Positions 57,985 through 64,000 of a DNA stretch of 64,000 nucleotides are shown one piece after another. The stretch covers positions 224,001 to 288,000 of the forward strand of contig BTUM01000001.1 of NCBI GenBank assembly GCA_045863235.1. Direction: 5' to 3'. This DNA comes from Candidatus Xenobia bacterium. Lineage in GTDB: Bacteria > Vulcanimicrobiota > Xenobia > Xenobiales > QWHO01. The translations under genes were made by a program, and so were the position numbers. Every line of letters begins with the position of its first letter. Within the stretch, counting starts at the first letter, position 1. Below the pieces are notes generated by a model, which saw only the letters and a list, made by a program, of their open reading frames with translations, did not search any database and was not told the DNA's origin.

Positions 57985-58962
57985 GTGAGCGCTCGTGCCC
58001 GACCTCTACTGAAGAATCCTCAATGGCACTGGCCCCATGACGCATTGGGCTCGGTCCGGGCCATCACGGATAACACTGGGGCTGTCGTTGGGAGTTACAG
58101 CTACGGGGCTTGGGGCGAGACTATGTCGGCCTCGGACCCGAGCGGCTTCACGATACCCTACTTGTTCGTGGGCGCGCTGGGGGTCCGGTATGACAGCGCG
58201 ACCGGGCTGCACTACTGCAGAAACCGCTGGCTCGATGCGGCAGGGCTTCAGTGTTTCCTGAGCAGGGACGTAATCAAGTCCCCGAATCGTTACGTCTATT
58301 GCCACAACGCACCTACGCAGTATATCGACCCCAACGGGCGTTTCCCTGAAAGCCCTGAACTGAGACAGACCTACCGTCGACTCTACGACCGCTGGCGCAA
58401 TGATTACACTGCGTCGGGAGATTATCTGGTTCGCAACCGAGGTGGCGGGCTGTGGAGTTTGTGCCGTATGCTCCACGAAATCTCCGACTCCGTCACATCC
58501 AACGAAGACTTTCTTCAGCTCCTGCAGGCGCTCTTTGTGAACAACTCTAGCGTAGGCACGATTAACCAGTTCGTCGAGACGCTCACTCTGAACCAGACTT
58601 CCATGACAACACTGAGCGAAAGTCAAATGCAGGGGCCGCGGAGAGCCTATGCTCCAGGTCGAAGGGATTGGAATCACAATTACCAGGATGATGTTGAGCC
58701 CCATCAAGACCAGACCCACCACTTGGTAGCTTTCATCATCGCTGGCTACAAGCACGGTGATCGCGTGGCCGAAGGCTTAGGTACACTCCTGGATCTACCA
58801 CAAGGCAATATCGGCGATATGAATGTCACCACGCAAGGCGCGATCTTTGGAGACCTGCTCAGGTTTCACAATGACCTGGACAAGGGTGACCCGGAGAAAA
58901 TGAAGTGTTATCGCCGGAGTTGGATAACCTCACTGTGTAGTCGGTTGAATACCGGTCCATAG
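57985..58962 (+). CDS. orphan RHS core fragment with C-terminal toxin domain
   Basis: DALGSVRAITD, YSYGAWGE, YDSATGLHY.RNRW, NRYVYCHNAP..YIDPNG, then a ~205-aa C-terminal domain. Confidence 0.9.
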   Translation: MSARARPLLKNPQWHWPHDALGSVRAITDNTGAVVGSYSYGAWGETMSASDPSGFTIPYLFVGALGVRYDSATGLHYCRNRWLDAAGLQCFLSRDVIKSPNRYVYCHNAPTQYIDPNGRFPESPELRQTYRRLYDRWRNDYTASGDYLVRNRGGGLWSLCRMLHEISDSVTSNEDFLQLLQALFVNNSSVGTINQFVETLTLNQTSMTTLSESQMQGPRRAYAPGRRDWNHNYQDDVEPHQDQTHHLVAFIIAGYKHGDRVAEGLGTLLDLPQGNIGDMNVTTQGAIFGDLLRFHNDLDKGDPEKMKCYRRSWITSLCSRLNTGP

Positions 58963-58963
58963 C

Positions 58964-59503
58964 ATGAATCCCGCGACCTGGAGAAGAGCGAGTCAAGCTG
59001 GTTCTGGAGTCACCTGGGTCCTCGTTGCGACCGTTGTTTGCCTCCTGCTTTTCGTCCTTTGCAGCCGGTTTTGGCCTGGAACAGCCGGGGATTTGGACTG
59101 GGAGTTGATGTCCGTCGATTCGGTCCAACTCGGTGCAACAGAGCCAGCCGTTTGGAAACTAAAGCGTAAGGCTGACTACGGGGGCGAGCGAGGAAAAGCA
59201 CCAAATAGCCAGATTTGGATGCACAGCGCAGGCAGCCCATCTTTCATCGAGTTTGTGCATGGCAAGGTAAGACTGGTCACAGGTACCTCGCTATCCGTGA
59301 ATGGTCAGGTGATCCTCTCCAATAAGGACGGACCTGAAAAAGTCAAGAGTCTGTTTGGAAGTCGGGCCTCAGTGTATAGGCAATTGGACGGCGAAACGTG
59401 GGCTTACCACAAGGGCGATATTTACGTTAGCTGCTATGTCATTGTCATGCCAGATGGTTCTCCCGGTATTCGGAGCATCACGCTGCGGCAAGGATGGCCG
59501 TAG
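58964..59503 (+). CDS. probable immunity protein, membrane-anchored
   Basis: Starts 1 nt after the RHS stop; N-terminal TM; visibly lower GC, like the toxin C-terminal coding region. Confidence 0.7.
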   Translation: MNPATWRRASQAGSGVTWVLVATVVCLLLFVLCSRFWPGTAGDLDWELMSVDSVQLGATEPAVWKLKRKADYGGERGKAPNSQIWMHSAGSPSFIEFVHGKVRLVTGTSLSVNGQVILSNKDGPEKVKSLFGSRASVYRQLDGETWAYHKGDIYVSCYVIVMPDGSPGIRSITLRQGWP

Positions 59504-59579
59504 CCTCACCGTCGCGGTCGTCGCCCATTGGCCCAATGTGCGACTCACGCTCATCGGAACCTCAGCCGTAGGCGGTAGA

Positions 59580-59864
59580 CCGGACGCGGAGGCTCTTTGG
59601 GGTCTCGTCGAGGGGCGGCCTTCACTCGCAAGCCGCGTCGTCAGGACACCGTTGACGACACGGCGACGCGGCTTGTTGGTTACCCTGGCCGGGTGGGGCC
59701 CCTGCGGGGCCCTTGGGTTCTCGAGGCGGAGGTTTCGTCCGCATCACCGGCGCTCTGCCAGGCGGTGCTTGGTGCTTGGGCATGCGCGCCTGTCCACCAC
59801 CGAGATCTATACCCATCCCAGTCGCGAGTTGGTGGCCGCCTCGGTGGCCCGCCTGGCGCGCTGA
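59580..59864 (+). pseudogene. third tyrosine recombinase C-terminal remnant
   Basis: EALW at ~59590; LGHARLSTTEIYTH near the end; followed by a GC hairpin and TTT. Confidence 0.65.
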
Positions 59865-60018
59865 GGCGCCCCGGCCCGGGCGTGGCCGGGCCTTTCTCGT
59901 CGCCAGGGCACCCGGCTTCGACGACCCCTGCGCCACCGGGCAGGAGTTGGGCGCAGGGGCCGCCTCGGCCGGGTGGGGGCCGGAGACCGTACTGCCCAAC
60001 CGCTCTTGCCGGTGTCCG

Positions 60019-60380
60019 TGTCAACTGAAAATGCCCCCACCGTGCGGGCTGAAAAAGCCCCCACCCTCTGAGCAATCTAACCTTCCTTTTTCTTCTCCCG
60101 CTTGCTGTTCTTGAGCCTCTGCCGGAATCGGTAGGACTCCCCTTCGATTGGCAAGATGTGAGACTGATGGGTGAGCCTGTCCACGAGCGCACCCGTCATC
60201 ATCTCGTCCCCCAGAACCTCTGTCCACCGGCCGAATTCGAGGTTAGTGGTCAGGAGAGTGGACCGGCGCTCATACCGGGACGCCACCAGGTTAAAGAGAA
60301 GCTCGGCTCCGTCACGCGGGAAGGGCACGAATCCGAACTCGTCCAGGATCAAGAGATCGATCCGCTGGTAATACGCCTGT
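60019..60380 (-). mobile_element. istB: IS21-family right end with istB 3' fragment
   Basis: LLILDEFG, RYERRS.LLTTN, ALVDRLTH, GESYR; TG terminus with tandem CTGAAAA.GCCCCCACC repeats. Confidence 0.9.
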
Positions 60381-60417
60381 AGCCTACATGCCGGCCGCCC
60401 TCGCCCGCCGGGAGGTA

Positions 60418-60490
60418 GCGCAAGCCACGGATCCCCGTCAAGACGCCTTCGCCAGCACTTCGCGTCTTGACGGGGCCCCGCGTCTTGCGC
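60418..60490. repeat. long hairpin
   Basis: Perfect 14-bp IR CCCCGTCAAGACGC (60433-46) / GCGTCTTGACGGGG (60462-75); outer GCGCAAG/CTTGCGC. Confidence 0.8.
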
Positions 60491-60822
60491 TGGGAAGAGA
60501 GCGGGGCGAGGGCGTCCGACCGGGCAAGGAGCGGGCCGGGGCAGTCCGTCTCCGGCCCCTGGATCACCGGGGGGGCTCTGGCGAACCGCCAGGCAAGAGG
60601 CGGATAGAGGGCCGAATTCGGCCGCCGGGCCCGACCGGGTCTCCCAGGCCCCCCGGGCGAGAACGGAGGCTTCCAGGGGCCTTCTGCGCGGCCACAGCCG
60701 AAGCGGAAACCATGATGGCCGCTGGATCTGCGCGGCGATAGAGGGTCCCGTGAAGGGGTGGACAGAGCCCCGGGGGTTCTCGTGGCGGAGGCTGGTTGGC
60801 CGGCTGCGCCGGCCTTGCACTT

Positions 60823-61482
60823 GTGTGCCAGGCATGGCACGAGGTTCCAGGGGAACCTGAAACTCGATAACTGGCGAGCGAAAGCGAACCAGGAAGTGAC
60901 TTGGAGGTGAAAGTCCTCTGGGGGCCCTGATGGTGGGTACCCCTAGCTGATCGGCAGCTGCGTCGCCGCGAGGCGGGGTGGGAAGGAAGCCGTAGGCAAA
61001 GCTCTGGCCTGAGGGACACGAAGCGCATATGAGGCGGTCGTTGATGGGCAAGGGGACAGGTGCTACCCGAACCCAAGACCATCCGGGAATCAGCGGGCGT
61101 AGATGCGACAGGTAGATGGAGCGAAGGTCACGTGCCTTACCCTGGGAGACCTGCACGGTGCCTTGTGCGAGCCCGAGCCGAAAGGCCGGGTCCAACCGGG
61201 CAGGGGTCAGCAGAGGTCATAGTAGCCGCAGCGCACGGCGGTGAAGGACCGAACATTGTGAACGAACCAGCGCGGAGCGTTCGATGGGTGAAAGAGAAGC
61301 AGACATAAAGCCTGAAATGGCTGGGCGGTCTCGGCAGATAGGCAGCGGAACTGCTGAACTTAAGGGAACCGCGCATCAAGCGCCCACGGCACGAGACGGC
61401 ACCGCTGGGGACAAGCAGCCGTGTTTACTTGAGATAGCGTTGCGCCGAGAGAACATGCTCGCGGCCTACAAACGCGTGGTGA
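60823..61482 (+). mobile_element. group IIC intron 5' part, truncated at the start of the RT ORF
   Basis: GTGTGCCAGGCATGGCAC start after a GGCCGG/CCGGCC hairpin; GGTGAAAGTCC, CTTACCCTGGGAGA, TCAGCAGAGGTCATAGTA, GAAGGACCGAAC; ORF LLEIALRRENMLAAYKRVV. Confidence 0.88.
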
Positions 61483-61538
61483 GGTATTCCCGCTCAGCCT
61501 AAAAGGCCAGGATCCTCAACTTTTAACCCAAGATCTGA

Positions 61539-61587
61539 AGTTTCTCACCGCACGTTTCGTGGCACGGTCGATGCGACGAAGTTTAGT
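61539..61587. repeat. family A palindrome, right half
   Basis: AGTTTCTCACCGCACGTTTCGTGGC...GCGACGAAGTTTAGT shared with 20594-20636. Confidence 0.85.
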
Positions 61588-61735
61588 CGCCCCCTCCGCC
61601 GGAGTCGCCACCGTAGTCACCGCTATCAGGCTCGATGCCGTGGTCGCTCGCCCCTCCCCCGCCTCCGCCGGCCAGGCTGAAGAGGAAGAACAGGGCAACC
61701 GCGCCCAGAGCCGCCAGAACCAACATAGCCATCAT
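61583..61735 (-). CDS. small membrane protein with Gly/Asp-rich tail
   Basis: MMAMLVLAALGAVALFFLFSLAGGGGG...GGDSGGGGD; TACCCT 6 nt upstream. Confidence 0.6.
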   Translation of the reverse strand: MMAMLVLAALGAVALFFLFSLAGGGGGGASDHGIEPDSGDYGGDSGGGGD

Positions 61736-61792
61736 AGGATCAGGGTAGCACAAAAAGGAAGGCTTTGCGGGGGCGCGAACGCGGGGCCAACC

Positions 61793-63577
61793 ATGGACAT
61801 CCGAGGAACCACCGTACTCGTTCTGGGCGGAGGCGGAATGGTCGGGCGCGCCGTCTGCCGCGAGCTGCTCGACCAGGCCCCCCGCTGCATCGTGCTGGCC
61901 TCCTTCTCCGAGCACGAGACCCGAGCCGCGCTGACCACCCTGGAGGAGGAGTTCGCCCACCTGCGCCGCTTCAATCCCGGGCTACCGGAAGTCGAGCTGC
62001 GCGGTGAATGGGGCAACCTGTTCGTGCGCGACACTTACAGCCACTGCCACTTCAACGACATCCTGGCCCAGCCCGAAGGGCGCGCCGCCCTGATCGAGGA
62101 TACCTTCGTCCCCCTCCAGCAGAGCACGCTCGAGCGCATGACGCTTTATCAGATCATCACCCGCAACCGCCCCGACATCATCGTGGACGCGGTCAACACC
62201 GCCACCGGCATCGCCTACAGCGATGTCTTCGCGCAGGCGCGCAAGGTTTGGGGCCAGCTCAAGGCCTCCGATGGCCCTCCCAGCCGCGAGTCGGTCGAGC
62301 AATTGATGTGCGCCTCCTACATCCCCCAGCTGATCCGCCACGTGGAGATCCTGTATCGCTCCATGGTCAAGGTGGACACCAAGGCCTACATCAAGGTGGG
62401 CACCTCGGGCACGGGGGGCATGGGTTGGAACATTCCGTACACCCACGGGGAGGAGCGCCCCTCGCTGCTGCTCCTGTCCAAGAGCGCGGTGGCGGGGGCC
62501 CAGACCCTGCTCTTGTTCCTGCTCGCCCGCACTCCGGCCGTGCCCACCTTCGATCCCGAAGACGCCGAGCTGATCCACCTCAAACGCCCGCCAGCCACCA
62601 AGGAGATCAAGCCGGCAGCCATGATCGGCTGGCGCGAGATCGGTTATGGCGACATCCGCCGCAAGGGCAAGCCGGTGGCGCTGGAAGACGTGCGCCTGGA
62701 AGAGGCCAGCAGCCTGCGGCCGGGCGACCAGCTGCTGCTCGACGACCCGGCTCGCGAGGCCCGGCTGCTGGGCAAGAACCTGCGCACGGTCTACGTGGAC
62801 ACGGGCGAGAACGGCATGTTCAGCACCGAGGAGTTCGTGGCCATCACCTCCCCGGGGCAGATGGGTTTCGTGACCCCCGAGGAGATCGCGCGCAACATCG
62901 CTGACGAGATCCGGGGGGTCAACACCGGCAAGGACGTGATCAACGCCCTCAACGTGACCTGCATGGGACCCACCTACCGGGCCGGCTTCCAGCGCGAGCG
63001 GGCCATCGCCAAGCTGCGCGAGCTGGAGAAGACCCACCAGACCGACTCGGTGGCCTTCGAGATCCTGGGGCCGCCCCGACTGAGCAAGCTGCTCTTCGAA
63101 GCTCACCTGCTGCGACGCCACTGCGGCACGCTCGAGCGGGTGGCTACCTCCGACCCCGAGGAGCTGTCCTCGGCCTGCCTGGCCATCCTGCGGGCCGACC
63201 CCGAGCTGCTGGCTACGCCCGTTACCCTGGGCATTCCCATCTTGTTCGAGCAGGAGGGTGGACTGCGGCTGGTGCGCGGTCGGCTCATCAAGACCCCGCC
63301 CCAACACGGCAGCGCCCTGGTGAGCGCCGGCGAGCGGGAGATCGAAGAGTGGGCAGGCGCGGGCTGGATCGACCTGAGGGTGGCCAACATGGCCCACTGG
63401 AAGCGGCGCATCCAGAGCATCCTGACCGAGGTGGATTCGATCCCCTCCTCGGACAGCTCAAGTCGCTACGTGCGCGACCGCCACTTCTGGCAAGAGCGCG
63501 GGGGGGTCATCAACCCGGGCGAGCTGGTGGCCTGGATCTTCAACACGGAAGATCGCGGGGAGCGCGGCCGAGAGTAA
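61793..63577 (+). CDS. large Rossmann-fold (SDR-like) protein of unknown function
   Basis: TVLVLGGGGMVG; YIKVGTSGTGGMG.NIPYTH; DTGENG; SVAFEILGPPRLSKLL. Confidence 0.8.
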   Translation: MDIRGTTVLVLGGGGMVGRAVCRELLDQAPRCIVLASFSEHETRAALTTLEEEFAHLRRFNPGLPEVELRGEWGNLFVRDTYSHCHFNDILAQPEGRAALIEDTFVPLQQSTLERMTLYQIITRNRPDIIVDAVNTATGIAYSDVFAQARKVWGQLKASDGPPSRESVEQLMCASYIPQLIRHVEILYRSMVKVDTKAYIKVGTSGTGGMGWNIPYTHGEERPSLLLLSKSAVAGAQTLLLFLLARTPAVPTFDPEDAELIHLKRPPATKEIKPAAMIGWREIGYGDIRRKGKPVALEDVRLEEASSLRPGDQLLLDDPAREARLLGKNLRTVYVDTGENGMFSTEEFVAITSPGQMGFVTPEEIARNIADEIRGVNTGKDVINALNVTCMGPTYRAGFQRERAIAKLRELEKTHQTDSVAFEILGPPRLSKLLFEAHLLRRHCGTLERVATSDPEELSSACLAILRADPELLATPVTLGIPILFEQEGGLRLVRGRLIKTPPQHGSALVSAGEREIEEWAGAGWIDLRVANMAHWKRRIQSILTEVDSIPSSDSSSRYVRDRHFWQERGGVINPGELVAWIFNTEDRGERGRE

Positions 63578-64000
63578 GCTCCTCCAGGGCGCCGCGATCG
63601 ATGATGCGGATGCGTCGGCCCTTCAGCCCCAACACTCCCTTGCGACCCAGACTGCGCAGGGTGCGCGAGACCGACTCGATGGTCGTGCCGGCGATCTGAG
63701 CCAGCTCTTCCCGGGTCAGGGGAGCCACCTGGCCCTGGTCTTCGCACTCGAGCAGCAGGCTTGCGATGCGTCCCGAGGCGCTCAGGCGGGCCAGCTCCAG
63801 CATCCGAGCCTCGGCCCGCTCCAACGCGTGAGCCATGGACGTCATCACGTTCTGGGCCACCTGACGGTCCTCTTGCAGGGAAGCCAGCAACACGTCGCGC
63901 TCCACCAGGCAAATCAGGGCCTCTTGCACCACTTCGGCCGTGTTGGCCTGGGGCTGGCCGGTCAACAGCTCGCGGTGCCCCAGAAAGTCCCCTGGCCCGG
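63540..64000 (-). CDS. Crp/Fnr family regulator (5' end beyond window)
   Basis: GRIASLLL; HTH LTREELAQIAGTTIESVSRTL. Confidence 0.9.
   Translation of the reverse strand, partial: GPGDFLGHRELLTGQPQANTAEVVQEALICLVERDVLLASLQEDRQVAQNVMTSMAHALERAEARMLELARLSASGRIASLLLECEDQGQVAPLTREELAQIAGTTIESVSRTLRSLGRKGVLGLKGRRIRIIDRGALEELTLGRAPRDLPC

Noticed and set aside
60381..61195. Intact 372-aa IstB ORF
   Set aside because: Only the last ~98 aa are IstB; the rest runs antisense through intron RNA and hairpins

Overview
GC-rich bacterial chromosomal window with no rRNA, tRNA or CRISPR array visible. The first ~54.7 kb is mostly intact genes: a MacB-type ABC transporter, a di-haem cytochrome c/USP/CBS cluster, a PilB/GspE ATPase with minor pilins, a SARP-type regulator upstream of a MAPEG gene and mddA, proS, kynA, S8 and tricorn proteases, a 1078-aa lipoprotein, dcd, rodA, hutU, slyD, a CoA-transferase, a mannose-1-P guanylyltransferase/mutase fusion and an ATLF-type metallopeptidase. 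Intergenic spaces hold several palindromic or tandem repeat families, and many genes look leaderless. From ~54.75 to ~61.55 kb lies a decayed mobile/conflict island. It contains tandem Xer-like recombinase remnants, one split at CTG by a degenerate IS110-family element. That element's long 3' non-coding region has a duplicated 44-nt unit and short matches to its own target and donor. The island also carries a type II toxin-antitoxin pair, an orphan RHS toxin-immunity pair, an IS21 end and a truncated group IIC intron. All protein calls come from motif recognition by eye; no database searches were run.
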